Below are positions 42,248 through 51,758 of a DNA stretch of 64,000 bases, piece by piece. Source of the DNA: an uncultured Demequinaceae bacterium. Its GTDB lineage: Bacteria; Actinomycetota; Actinomycetes; Actinomycetales; Demequinaceae. Both the position numbers and the translations under genes were made by a program. The stretch covers positions 2,676-66,675 of the forward strand of contig CAZMCU010000003.1 of NCBI GenBank assembly GCA_964564915.1. Direction: 5' to 3'. The first letter of the stretch is position 1, and every line of letters starts with the position of its first letter. The notes under the pieces were generated by a model. That model searched no databases and was not told where the DNA came from. It saw only the letters and a program-made list of their open reading frames with translations.

Positions 42248-43156
42248 CTAATGCTCTTCATCGATAGCCAAGGTCAAGTACACAGCTGACAGGATGGTGA
42301 AGAGGTACGCCTGAAGTAGCGCGACCGCGATCTCAAAGAGGGTGAAGGCGAACCCCGCGGCCAACGAGACGGCGCCGAACCCGCGCATCGCCCCGCTCGC
42401 GGTGAAGAAAAAGTACTGGGTCGCGGAGAAGCATAGGACAAGGAGCAGGTGCCCCGCGATCATGTTGGCCACCAGCCGCAACGCGAGCGTTGCTGGCCGC
42501 AGCACAAAGACCTGCAGGGCCTCGACAGGAGTCAGCAGGAGATAGATCGGCCACGGAATACCCGGAGGGAACAGGCTGAGGCGTAGGTATCTCAACAATC
42601 CGTGGTGATGAATCCCCGCGCCGAGGTACAAGAGGTATACCCACAAAGCCATGACGATCGGTAGCCCGATGAGCGACGTGCCAGAGAGATTCAGGAACGG
42701 AATGACCCCGGTGACGTTGAAGACGAAGACGGCGAGGAAGAGCGCGGTGAGAAACGCAACGTAGCGCTTGCCCCGCTCCTTACCCAGAACCTCGTCGACA
42801 ATCTGGAGGCGCACAAAGTCCAGCGCGATCTCCACCAGTGCCTGTCCGCGTCGTGGCACGATACGCGCTCGCGAAGCGACGAGGCCGAAGATCCCGACGA
42901 GGACGATCGCGGAAACGATGCGGATCATCGCGATGCGGTTGAATTCGAAGATCGTTCCCTGGAAGAGAACCGCATCGGGGAAGAAGTCCGTGAGCGATGG
43001 CGGATGGAATCCGTTCGACGCGAAAAGCCATCCGAAGAAACTCTCGCCCGACGCCGGGCTGGGGGTTGGTGTCGGATCGCCTCCCGCGTTGGTGGTCACC
43101 ACCCCGGCGATGGTGACCAGGGCGTGCAGCACGGCGACTCCATTTGTTGGCCTCAT
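42248..43156 (-). CDS. atpB: Fo ATP synthase subunit a
   Basis: Conserved Arg region LRLVANMIAGHLLL, and the operon position. Confidence 0.92.
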   Translation of the reverse strand: MRPTNGVAVLHALVTIAGVVTTNAGGDPTPTPSPASGESFFGWLFASNGFHPPSLTDFFPDAVLFQGTIFEFNRIAMIRIVSAIVLVGIFGLVASRARIVPRRGQALVEIALDFVRLQIVDEVLGKERGKRYVAFLTALFLAVFVFNVTGVIPFLNLSGTSLIGLPIVMALWVYLLYLGAGIHHHGLLRYLRLSLFPPGIPWPIYLLLTPVEALQVFVLRPATLALRLVANMIAGHLLLVLCFSATQYFFFTASGAMRGFGAVSLAAGFAFTLFEIAVALLQAYLFTILSAVYLTLAIDEEH

Positions 43157-43219
43157 GAGGGCGCTGACGCGGCACCGAGGCAGGGCGACAATCGAACTTA
43201 AGACTAACGCATCGGCTCG

Positions 43220-43630
43220 TTACGACGAACCAGGCGCGACGTAGGGAACCCTGGCCCGGGTGGTCAGAATCAGCTTGATCGTTAGCCCAGCGAGCACCCC
43301 GCAACCAAACGTCACGACCAGCGCAACCCGAGCCGAGCCGTCGAGTTTTTGCCCCTGTGACACGAGAGCGATCGCGATCAGGATCACCACAAGAAACTCC
43401 GAGACGACGGCGAGCGCTAAGAGCCATGGGGCGCGGTGGTGCGAGGCTAGCATCGCCGCTGGCCCGATGAGCGAGACCACGAGCGCGGCACCACCTCCGG
43501 CGGCCGCCGCAGCCGCCGCCCCACCACTGTCGATCATTCCGGCGATTCCGGCGCCGAGGACCCCGATCGCCGTGACGATGATCGCCGCGTAAACGATGAT
43601 CTTCCGATACAACGCCGCTTCCGTCGTCAT
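43220..43630 (-). CDS. small polytopic membrane protein upstream of atpB (AtpI-like position; Rv1303-like)
   Basis: 136 aa and highly hydrophobic. The ATG at 43630 overlaps the wecA stop (ATGA). Confidence 0.6.
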   Translation of the reverse strand: MTTEAALYRKIIVYAAIIVTAIGVLGAGIAGMIDSGGAAAAAAAGGGAALVVSLIGPAAMLASHHRAPWLLALAVVSEFLVVILIAIALVSQGQKLDGSARVALVVTFGCGVLAGLTIKLILTTRARVPYVAPGSS

Positions 43631-44823
43631 GACGTGGGGGACTCCCGTCGCTCTCGCCGAGCGGAGGTGCTGCCCTTCCGCCCGGACGCTGGTTGCTTCC
43701 CGGCTCGAACTCCGGCCCATTCGAGAACCTCCGCGAGCCTCCCCCGGTATTTCGGGGAGAACGTCACCAGTCCTGCCGCAACGATCCCGATCGCCATGAA
43801 CAGGGCCGCATATCGACCTCGGACGAACACGAGGGACACGGTGCCAAAGCTTAAGACCGCGGTCCACACGTAGAGGACGGAAACCGCCCAACGATGCGAA
43901 TGCCCAAACGCGAGGAGGCGATGGTGCAAATGGTGGGAGTCCGCAGACCACGGAGACTTACCCCGGAGTGTCCGTGTGACAACCGCGAGCGCCATGTCGA
44001 GTAAGGGCACGGCAACCACCATGACGGGCAAGAGGATCGGAACGAACGCCGGGAGCCGCTCACGGCTTGAGACGACCTCCGGGTCGATCTGGCCCGTGAC
44101 GATGATCGCGGCGCACGCCATCGTGAGGCCCAGCACCATCGAGCCGGAGTCGCCCATGAAGATTCGTGCGGGGTGCAGGTTGTGGGGGAGGAACCCGAGG
44201 CACGCCCCGACGAGGGCCGCGAGGATGAGGGTCGCGAGGCTCGAGTAGTCACCGGGAGACGCGTTCCTCTGGATGACGTAGGTGTAGAGGAAGAACGCCG
44301 ACCCCCCGATCGCCATCATGCCGGCGGCAAGCCCATCGAGGCCATCGATGAAGTTGACGGCGTTGATCGCGACGACGACGACGATCATGGTCACGGCGAG
44401 GGAAATGGGGCTCGACGCGATCGTCAGGCCTCCGATGGGCACGGACACGAGTTGGACCCCACCCCACGCGACGATCCATGCGGCGAACACCTGGCCCGCG
44501 AGTTTGGCCATCCAGTCGAGATCGATGATGTCGTCGATCACCCCGATGACGCACACCAGGAAGGCCCCTCCGATAACCGCCCACACCGCCCCCGACGTCT
44601 GGAAGACCGCACCGAGGAACGGGACCCTGCTCGCGAGCGCGAGGGACACGGCGAGCCCGAGGAAGATGGCGACGCCCCCGAGCCTCGCGGTGGCGACCTG
44701 GTGAACGTCGCGCTCGCGCACAGCCGCGACCGCGCCGATCTTGAACGCGAGGTATCGCATCGCGGGGGTCGCGACGTATGTGACGAGGGCGGAGACGAAG
44801 AGGAGAAGGAGGTAGACCTTCAC
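43627..44823 (-). CDS. wecA: UDP-GlcNAc:polyprenyl-phosphate GlcNAc-1-phosphate transferase (WecA/Rfe, MraY-like GT4)
   Basis: NAVNFIDGLDGLAAG and IFMGDSGSMVLG. The GTG at 44823 overlaps the upstream stop (GTGA). Confidence 0.88.
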   Translation of the reverse strand: MKVYLLLLFVSALVTYVATPAMRYLAFKIGAVAAVRERDVHQVATARLGGVAIFLGLAVSLALASRVPFLGAVFQTSGAVWAVIGGAFLVCVIGVIDDIIDLDWMAKLAGQVFAAWIVAWGGVQLVSVPIGGLTIASSPISLAVTMIVVVVAINAVNFIDGLDGLAAGMMAIGGSAFFLYTYVIQRNASPGDYSSLATLILAALVGACLGFLPHNLHPARIFMGDSGSMVLGLTMACAAIIVTGQIDPEVVSSRERLPAFVPILLPVMVVAVPLLDMALAVVTRTLRGKSPWSADSHHLHHRLLAFGHSHRWAVSVLYVWTAVLSFGTVSLVFVRGRYAALFMAIGIVAAGLVTFSPKYRGRLAEVLEWAGVRAGKQPASGRKGSTSARRERRESPTS

Positions 44824-45497
44824 GCGGCCGCCGCCTTGTCCAGCACACCGGGACCGACGATCGCTTCGATCGCCTCCCGGGTGATCGCCCCCACCCTCAC
44901 GAGGCGCATCGGCGATTGTGTCGCGTCGAGGACGGTCGAGGCCGTGCCGATGGGTGACGGCCCGGCATCGAGAATGACCTCGCACACGGCCCCGAGAAAC
45001 CGCTCCGCCTCCTGCGCGGTAGTCGCGGGCGCCTCTCCCGTGAGGTTGGCACTCGTCACCGCAAGGGGGCCGGTGCGGGTGAGGAGTGCCCGTGCGGTCG
45101 CGTGGTCGGGAACGCGCAGGGCGACCGTCCCGTGCGTCTCCCCGAGGTCCCAGTCGAGACTGGGCATCGCGGGAACGACGAGGGTCAAGGGTCCGGGCCA
45201 GAAGGCGTCCATGAGGGCTACTGCCACAGAGGGGAGTCTCTCCGCGAGTTGGGCCGCGGCTTCTGCGGATTCGACGAGCACGGGCGGAGGGGATTGGGGG
45301 CCCCTGCCCTTGGCCGTGAGCATCCGGGCAACGGCCTGCGCATCGAACGCGTCGCATCCGATGCCGTAGACGGTGTCCGTCGGCAGGACGATCGATTCCC
45401 CTCGCCCCACCGCGTCGGCCGCCGCGTCGAGCGACGGATCCCAAACGGAGGCGTCGTGCGCGGGGAGGATCACGTGGGCCAGTCTCCCACGGCTCAC
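44820..45497 (-). CDS. tsaC: L-threonylcarbamoyladenylate synthase (Sua5/YwlC/TsaC, YrdC domain)
   Basis: LPTDTVYGIGCDAF...PGPLTLVV...VALRVPDH...GPLAVTSANLTGE. The GTG at 45497 overlaps the prmC stop (GTGA). Confidence 0.85.
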   Translation of the reverse strand: MSRGRLAHVILPAHDASVWDPSLDAAADAVGRGESIVLPTDTVYGIGCDAFDAQAVARMLTAKGRGPQSPPPVLVESAEAAAQLAERLPSVAVALMDAFWPGPLTLVVPAMPSLDWDLGETHGTVALRVPDHATARALLTRTGPLAVTSANLTGEAPATTAQEAERFLGAVCEVILDAGPSPIGTASTVLDATQSPMRLVRVGAITREAIEAIVGPGVLDKAAAA

Positions 45498-46417
45498 ACG
45501 CGTATCGCCACGACGAACCGGTCCCTTTCGGTGAGGTCCCGTCGGGTGTCGACGTCTCGCCAAGCGCCTTGCCCCTCAAGGATGCACCTGACGGCCTCCC
45601 CCTGGTCGTCTCCGTGCTCCATGACGAACGTGCCTCCGGGGTGAAGGAGGCGGGCGGCCGCTGCCGCGATGCCGCGCGGAACCTCGAGCCCATCCGCCCC
45701 GAGCCCGTAGAGCGCGATGTCCGGGTCGTGAATCGCGACCTCGGGATCGCGCGGTACGGCGCCATGGGGGACGTACGGGGGGTTCGAGACGACGACATCG
45801 ACGGTCCCCGTTCGGTCGGCGAGGACGGTCCTCGCGTCGCCCCTGATGGGGGTGAGTCGACGCCGGACGTCCTCCGGCTGGGCGGCGACGTTGCGCTCCA
45901 GGTACGCGAACGCCTCGCGGCTCATTTCGACCAAGGTGACGTGGACACCGAGCGCCTCCATCGCGACCGCGATCCCGATCGCGCCCGACCCCGCGCACAG
46001 GTCTACGACCTTCACCGGCAAGCACGGTCCGCGCTCGCGCAAGTAGTCGTCGGCCGCTTGGATCGTCGCCCCCGCGACCACCTCCGTCTCGGGCCGAGGA
46101 ACGAACACCCCTGGTCCAACCTCAAGCTCGATCCCTCGGAACGCCGCCCGGCCAAGGAGGTGTTGGAGCGGTTCGCGCGCGGCGCGCCGCTTCACCAACA
46201 GCGCCCAGCCCGCGGCATCGAATCCCGCGGGAATCGCGTCCCCCCTCGCCACCGCGGTCCGGCATTCTCCGGGATCCCAGCCGAGGGCGTACGCCAGCAA
46301 GGCCAAAGCGTCGTGGGCGGGGCTGGGCACCCCGCTTGCCCCCAATCGCTCGGTGGCGTCGACAAGGAGCGACGAGAGCGAGGGGCCGGTCGCCCCCGTG
46401 TCGGCGGCCACCGTCAT
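45494..46417 (-). CDS. prmC: peptide chain release factor N5-glutamine methyltransferase
   Basis: SAM motif VVDLCAGSGAIG and catalytic VVSNPPYV. Confidence 0.9.
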   Translation of the reverse strand: MTVAADTGATGPSLSSLLVDATERLGASGVPSPAHDALALLAYALGWDPGECRTAVARGDAIPAGFDAAGWALLVKRRAAREPLQHLLGRAAFRGIELEVGPGVFVPRPETEVVAGATIQAADDYLRERGPCLPVKVVDLCAGSGAIGIAVAMEALGVHVTLVEMSREAFAYLERNVAAQPEDVRRRLTPIRGDARTVLADRTGTVDVVVSNPPYVPHGAVPRDPEVAIHDPDIALYGLGADGLEVPRGIAAAAARLLHPGGTFVMEHGDDQGEAVRCILEGQGAWRDVDTRRDLTERDRFVVAIRV

Positions 46418-46420
46418 TGC

Positions 46421-47506
46421 CTACTCGACGTCGCCCGCGAGGCGCGCGGCTTCGTCGGCGTCGATCGCGGACTGGATGACCGGCCCGAGATCGCCAGCAA
46501 GAACCTGGTCGAGGTTGTACGCCTTGAACCCCGTCCGGTGGTCGGCGATCCGATTCTCGGGGAAGTTGTACGTGCGGATGCGCTCGGAGCGGTCGACCGT
46601 CCGAACCTGGGACCGGCGGGCGGCCGCGACCTCCGCATCGGCGGCCTCGCGTTCCACGGCGAGCAACCGCGCGCGGAGGATGCGCAGCGCGGATTCCTTG
46701 TTCTGCAGTTGGCTCTTCTCGTTCTGGCACGTCACCACGGTCCCCGTGGGGATGTGGGTGATGCGCACGGCGGAGTCCGTCGTGTTGACGGACTGACCAC
46801 CGGGGCCGGACGAGTGATAGACGTCGATCCGAAGGTCGTTCATGTCGATCGGCACTTCGGTAATCTCTTCGACCTCGGGGAACACCAGTACCCCAGCGGC
46901 CGAGGTGTGGATACGCCCCTGGGACTCCGTCGTTGGGACGCGCTGGACGCGGTGGACACCGCCCTCGTACTTGAGGTGAGCCCACACCCCGTTTTCGGGA
47001 TCGGGGTTTCCCTTGGCCTTAATCGCGACCGACACGTCCTTGTAGCCACCGAGTTCCGTTTCAGTCGCGTCGAGGATCTGGGTGGACCAGCCCTGCTGCT
47101 CCGCGTACTTGAGGTACATCTTGAGGAGGTCGCCCGCGAAGAGCGCGGACTCGTCCCCACCCTCCCCCGCCTTGACCTCGAGGATGACGTCGCGTGCGTC
47201 GTCCGGGTCGCGGGGAATGAGGATGGTACGCAGGTCCGCCGCCTTAGCGTCCGCTGCCTCACGAAGGGCGGGAATCTCGGCTGCGAACTCGGGGTCCGCC
47301 GCCGCCATCTCCTCCGCCGCGCTCAGGTCGTTCATCGCCGCGTCCCACGCGTGGTAGGCCGCCACGACCCTCCCGAGTTCCGCAAAGCGGCGTCCGAGTT
47401 TCTTTGCCCTTCCGGCGTCCGTATGAACGGACGGGTCCTGAAGCTGCAGCTCGATATCGGCGTACTCGTCCAGAAGTGGGTGGACGGCGGCGAAGGGGTC
47501 GGTCAC
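46421..47506 (-). CDS. prfA: peptide chain release factor 1
   Basis: GGQ motif [20 protein letters not shown], and [17 protein letters not shown]. Confidence 0.96.
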   Translation of the reverse strand: MTDPFAAVHPLLDEYADIELQLQDPSVHTDAGRAKKLGRRFAELGRVVAAYHAWDAAMNDLSAAEEMAAADPEFAAEIPALREAADAKAADLRTILIPRDPDDARDVILEVKAGEGGDESALFAGDLLKMYLKYAEQQGWSTQILDATETELGGYKDVSVAIKAKGNPDPENGVWAHLKYEGGVHRVQRVPTTESQGRIHTSAAGVLVFPEVEEITEVPIDMNDLRIDVYHSSGPGGQSVNTTDSAVRITHIPTGTVVTCQNEKSQLQNKESALRILRARLLAVEREAADAEVAAARRSQVRTVDRSERIRTYNFPENRIADHRTGFKAYNLDQVLAGDLGPVIQSAIDADEAARLAGDVE

Positions 47507-47527
47507 GATGATCGTCCGGCGGGCGGA

Positions 47528-47773
47528 CTACTGGGCCGCCGCTTTACTAGCAGCGGCCTTGCCCGCCGCCGTCTTGCCGTACCGCTTCTCGAACTTGGCG
47601 ACGCGACCCCCGGTGTCGAGGATCTTTTGCTTGCCCGTATAGAACGGGTGGCATTCGTTGCACACGTCGGCTTGCATGACTCCGGAGGCGACGGTGCTGC
47701 GCGTCTTGAACGTATTACCGCACGTGCACGTGACAATCGTGTCGACGTACTCGGGGTGAATGTCCTTCTTCAT
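47528..47773 (-). CDS. rpmE: 50S ribosomal protein L31 (Zn-binding type)
   Basis: MKKDIHPEY...CTCGN...[21 protein letters not shown] before the ATG at 47773. Confidence 0.95.
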   Translation of the reverse strand: MKKDIHPEYVDTIVTCTCGNTFKTRSTVASGVMQADVCNECHPFYTGKQKILDTGGRVAKFEKRYGKTAAGKAAASKAAAQ

Positions 47774-47859
47774 GATCTCCTCTATCGCTCCGGGTCGGGC
47801 GCGTCGCTCGCGTCCGTGAACCGGTGCTCGGCGTCCCATGGTACTACCGGGGGTTGGGC

Positions 47860-49605
47860 CTAGTCGTCGCTGGTGCCGTTCGGCGTTGTCTTGGCGACCT
47901 GAAGGAGGAACTCGACGTTGGTCTTGTTCTCCTTGAGCTTCTGGAGCACGAGCTCGATCGCTTGCTGTTGGTCGAGGGCGGACAGCACCCGACGAAGCTT
48001 CCAGGCGATCTTGAGTTCGTCGGCGGGAAGGAGGATCTCCTCGCGACGCGTACCGGAGGCATCGACGTCGACGGCGGGGAAGATGCGCTTGTCCGCGAGC
48101 GAACGGCTGAGCTTGAGCTCCATGTTGCCGGTGCCCTTGAACTCCTCGAAAATGACCTCGTCCGCCTTCGATCCCGTCTCGACCAGGGCGGTCGCGAGGA
48201 TCGTCAGGGACCCACCGTGCTCGATGTTCCGCGCCGCGCCAAAGAAGCGCTTGGGCGGGTAGAGCGCGGACGAGTCGACACCACCGGACAGGATGCGGCC
48301 CGATGCCGGCGCGCTGATGTTGTAGGCGCGCCCAAGGCGGGTGATCGAGTCGAGGAGGATGACGACGTCCTTGCCCATCTCGACGAGACGCTTGGCGCGC
48401 TCGATTGCGAGTTCGGCGATGGCTGTGTGGTCGGTCGCGGGGCGGTCGAACGTCGAAGCGACAACCTCTCCCTTGACCGTCCGCTGCATGTCGGTGACCT
48501 CTTCCGGCCGCTCGTCGACCAGGACGACCATGAGGTGAACCTCGGGGTTGTTCGTCGTGATGGCGTTCGCGATGGCCTGGAGCACCAGGGTCTTTCCGGC
48601 CTTCGGCGGCGAGACGATGAGGCCACGCTGGCCCTTGCCGATCGGGGCGACCAAATCGATGACACGAGTCGTCATGACGTTGGGCGTCGTCTCGAGGCGC
48701 AACCGCTCTTGCGGGTACAGCGGTGTGAGATCGCCGAAGAGGACCCTGTTGTGAGCCTCCTCGAGCGAGACGCCGTTGATGGTCTCGACGCGCACGAGGG
48801 CGTTGAACTTCTGCCGCTGGCCGCGCTCTCCCGGGCGGGGTGGGCGTACGGCACCGGTAATCGCGTCTCCCCTGCGGAGCCCGTACTTCCTCACCTGGTT
48901 GGTGGAGACGTAGACGTCCGCCTTGCCCGGAAGATAACCGGACGTCCGGATGAACGCGTAGTTCTCGACGATGTCGACGAGCCCACCGACGGGGGTCAAC
49001 TCCTCGCCTTCGCGGACCTCGTCGTCCTCGCGCTCGTCGCCCATGTCCTGGCCGTCCGAACGCATGGGACGCTCGCGGTCGCGGCCCCGGCCACGGCCCC
49101 GGCGTCTGCGGGAGTTGCGATCGTCGCCTCCCTGGCCACCGCCTTGCTGGCCACCGCCTTGCTGGCCGCCGCCCTGCTGGTTGCCGCCCTGCTGGTTGCC
49201 GCCCTGTTGGTTGCCGCCTTGTTGGTTGCCACCTTGTTGGTTGCCACCGGACTCCCCACTCGCCGCGCTCGCGACGGCCTGGCGGGCCCTCTGGGCACGG
49301 GAGTCGCCGGAGTTGCCCGAACCCCCGGAGCCACTCGAGTCTCCCGACGGGGTGGTGTCACTGGTCGAAGCGTTACCACTAGTCTGCGCGGAGTCCCCGG
49401 AGTTGCCGGAGTCCGCGCTCTGCTCGGCACGAGCGGGAGACACAACCCCGCCGCTTTGGATGGCGTCCACGAGATCGCCCTTCTTCATGTTTGAGGTACC
49501 CGAGACCCCGAGTTCAGACGCGAGGGCCTGGAGTTGGGGAAGCTTCATGGCACTGAGGGATACCGCGGCGTTTGCGCCACCGGCCGCCTCGTTCTGTTCC
49601 GTCAC
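47860..49605 (-). CDS. rho: transcription termination factor Rho with long low-complexity insertion
   Basis: N-terminus [18 protein letters not shown]. Walker [13 protein letters not shown]-terminal ATPase core [12 protein letters not shown]...[16 protein letters not shown] at 49605 is preceded by AAAGGA. Confidence 0.93.
   Translation of the reverse strand: MTEQNEAAGGANAAVSLSAMKLPQLQALASELGVSGTSNMKKGDLVDAIQSGGVVSPARAEQSADSGNSGDSAQTSGNASTSDTTPSGDSSGSGGSGNSGDSRAQRARQAVASAASGESGGNQQGGNQQGGNQQGGNQQGGNQQGGGQQGGGQQGGGQGGDDRNSRRRRGRGRGRDRERPMRSDGQDMGDEREDDEVREGEELTPVGGLVDIVENYAFIRTSGYLPGKADVYVSTNQVRKYGLRRGDAITGAVRPPRPGERGQRQKFNALVRVETINGVSLEEAHNRVLFGDLTPLYPQERLRLETTPNVMTTRVIDLVAPIGKGQRGLIVSPPKAGKTLVLQAIANAITTNNPEVHLMVVLVDERPEEVTDMQRTVKGEVVASTFDRPATDHTAIAELAIERAKRLVEMGKDVVILLDSITRLGRAYNISAPASGRILSGGVDSSALYPPKRFFGAARNIEHGGSLTILATALVETGSKADEVIFEEFKGTGNMELKLSRSLADKRIFPAVDVDASGTRREEILLPADELKIAWKLRRVLSALDQQQAIELVLQKLKENKTNVEFLLQVAKTTPNGTSDD
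49126..49248 (-). repeat. eight tandem 15-bp units inside rho encoding (GGNQQ)x5 (GGGQQ)x3
   Basis: Plus-strand units are ctgctggttgccgcc / ctgttggttgccgcc / ttgttggttgccacc / ttgctggccaccgcc. They are in frame, with synonymous or near-synonymous variation. Confidence 0.9.
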
Positions 49606-49873
49606 ACTTATCCTTTCGTCGCACGGGCCTCTGGGGTCCTCGGTGCGAGACGTCCACGGGTGCGCGGTATGCGTCACAGCAACGTCAGAAAAGACGCGCT
49701 CCTCGTGGATTGCTTCCGGATTGTCGATGCGCCCTCGAGGGCGGATCCTCCTGGAATGCGCAACCACCATACCACTACGCGGTGTCAACCCCCAACACGC
49801 GTGGGGGGACGCACACCCCTGCGCGCTGGCGGTGCACGAGTGCCGAAACGCGTATAGAACCGGCACTCCAGCA
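49606..49873 (-). promoter_or_regulatory. long untranslated region upstream of rho (about 290 nt) with several GC hairpins
   Basis: I accept no ORF here. Contains the palindrome GCCCTCGAGGGC (49731-49742) and the hairpin CCCCCA-N7-TGGGGG (49789-49807). Confidence 0.35.
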
Positions 49874-49898
49874 CCGCAGGGGCGCTTCGGCCCCGCGG
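49874..49898 (-). terminator. terminator-like hairpin directly after the ABC exporter stop
   Basis: Minus strand reads CCGCGGGGC-CGAAGC-GCCCC(T)GCGG, 9 bp with one bulge and no clear U-tract. Confidence 0.35.
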
Positions 49899-51758
49899 TC
49901 AGGCCTCGACGGGGGCGGCGAACTGGGCTTCGTAGAGGCGCGCGTACGCCCCGTTCGCCTCGAGAAGCTCCTGGTGCGTACCCTGCTCGACGATCGCACC
50001 CTCCTCCATCACGAGGATGAGATCGGCGTCCCGAATGGTCGAGAGTCGGTGGGCGATGACGAAGCTCGTCCGGTCCTTGCGCAGTTCGATCATCGCGTGC
50101 TGAACGAGGAGTTCGGTTCGGGTATCGACGGAGGACGTCGCCTCGTCGAGGATGAGGACGCTCGGCTTGGCGAGGAAGGCCCGGGCAATCGTGATGAGCT
50201 GCTTCTCCCCCGCGCTGATGTTCGAGGCGTTGTCGTCGAGGATGGTGTCGTACCCGTCGGGGAGCGCGTGGACGAATCGGTCGACATAGGCTGCCTCCGC
50301 CGCCGCGTGGATGTCCTTCTCCGTCGCATCCGGGCGACCGTACGCGATGTTTTCGCGAATCGTCCCCTCGAACAGCCACGTGTCCTGGAGGACCATGCCC
50401 GTTCGGGAACGGAGGTCGTCGCGGGTCATCTGAGAGATGTCGACACCGTCGAGCGTGATGCGCCCACCGTCGAGTTCGTAGAACCGCATGATGAGGTTGA
50501 CGAGCGTTGTCTTTCCCGCGCCCGTTGGACCGACGATCGCGACGGTCTTGCCCGGACACGCGACGAGCGAAAGGTCGTCGATGAGGGGCTTGTCGGGGAC
50601 GTAGCGGAACGACACGTGCTCGAACTCGAGCTTGCCGTGCTTGGAGCGCGGGCTCAAAGGCGCGGAGGGATCGTCGGACTGCGGATCGGCGTCGAGAAGC
50701 TCGAACACGCGCTCCGCGCTCGCCACCCCAGACTGAAGAAGGTTGGCCATCGATCCGAGCTGAGCCAACGGCTGCGTGAATTGCCGCGTGTACTGGATGA
50801 ACGCCTGAATGTCGCCCAGGGGGATCGAGCCATGAGCGACCATGATCCCGCCGACGACCGCGATGGCGACGAACACGAGGTTCCCCACGAACATCGTCGC
50901 CGGCATGATGATCCCGCTCACGAACTGGGCCCCGAAGCTCGCCTGGTAAAGCGTCTCGTTCTCCTCCGCGAAGCGAGTCTCGACCTCCTTCTGGCGTCCG
51001 AAGACCTTGACGAGGGCGTGGCCCGTGTACATGTCCTCGATCTGCGCGTTGAGCGTCCCGGTGTGCTTCCACTGGGCGACGAACATCTTCTGGCTTCTCT
51101 TGGCGACCGCCATCGCAATCCCGGCGGTCAACGGGACGGAGATGAGCGCGATGAGGGCGAGGCGCCACGAGATGGAGAACATCATGCCGATGACGCCAAC
51201 GACGGTCAGGGCGGACATGAAGAGTTGCGCGAGCGTCTGTTGGAGCGACTGGGAGATGTTGTCGATGTCGTTCGTGACACGGCTGAGCAACTCGCCACGG
51301 GGGTGCTGGTCGAAGTAACTCAGAGGCAATTGATGGATCTTGTCCTCGACGCGAGCGCGCAACGTGAAGATCGTTCGTTGGGTCACGCTATTGAGGATGA
51401 GCCCCTGAAGCAACTGGAAGAGCGAGGCCGCAATGTAGATCCCCATGACCCAGAACAGGAGGCTATGAAGTCGAGAGAAATCGATTCCCGTACTGCGGGT
51501 GAAGCCTTCGAAGATGACCGTCGTCGCGTTGCCGAGGATCTTCGGTCCCGTCACCGAAAGCGCCACGCTTGCCGCACCCACAAGGATGACGACCGCTACC
51601 CAGAACTTCTCGGGGTGAAGAAGGCCGGCGAGCCGGCGAGCCGAGCCCTTGAAGTCCTTCGCCTTCTCGACGGGGACACCCATGCCGCCGAAGGGACCAT
51701 GGCCGGCCGGACCACGCCGCGGCTGGGGGCGGACGGGTGCTTGTTCTCGCTCGCTCAT
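49899..51758 (-). CDS. ABC exporter half-transporter (TMD-NBD), consensus Walker B (ILDEATS) and degenerate signature (ISAGEKQ)
   Basis: Walker A GPTGAGKTT. Six-helix N-terminal TMD. The ATG at 51758 overlaps the partner gene stop (ATGA). Confidence 0.9.
   Translation of the reverse strand: MSEREQAPVRPQPRRGPAGHGPFGGMGVPVEKAKDFKGSARRLAGLLHPEKFWVAVVILVGAASVALSVTGPKILGNATTVIFEGFTRSTGIDFSRLHSLLFWVMGIYIAASLFQLLQGLILNSVTQRTIFTLRARVEDKIHQLPLSYFDQHPRGELLSRVTNDIDNISQSLQQTLAQLFMSALTVVGVIGMMFSISWRLALIALISVPLTAGIAMAVAKRSQKMFVAQWKHTGTLNAQIEDMYTGHALVKVFGRQKEVETRFAEENETLYQASFGAQFVSGIIMPATMFVGNLVFVAIAVVGGIMVAHGSIPLGDIQAFIQYTRQFTQPLAQLGSMANLLQSGVASAERVFELLDADPQSDDPSAPLSPRSKHGKLEFEHVSFRYVPDKPLIDDLSLVACPGKTVAIVGPTGAGKTTLVNLIMRFYELDGGRITLDGVDISQMTRDDLRSRTGMVLQDTWLFEGTIRENIAYGRPDATEKDIHAAAEAAYVDRFVHALPDGYDTILDDNASNISAGEKQLITIARAFLAKPSVLILDEATSSVDTRTELLVQHAMIELRKDRTSFVIAHRLSTIRDADLILVMEEGAIVEQGTHQELLEANGAYARLYEAQFAAPVEA

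Noticed and set aside
45569-47863. 764-aa plus-strand ORF opposite prmC, prfA and rpmE
   Set aside because: It is a mirror-frame artefact. The minus-strand genes carry the NPPY, GGQ and L31 motifs.
49126-49248. Possible CRISPR-like or minisatellite array
   Set aside because: The units are 15 bp, contiguous with no spacers, in frame, and inside rho. This is a coding tandem repeat, not a CRISPR array.
49606-51168. Upstream extension of the rho ORF to 1102 aa
   Set aside because: The extension runs through the intergenic region and out of frame through the ABC exporter gene. Its sequence is Arg/Pro/Gly-rich nonsense, whereas the GTG at 49605 has an SD and is followed by the normal Rho N-terminus.
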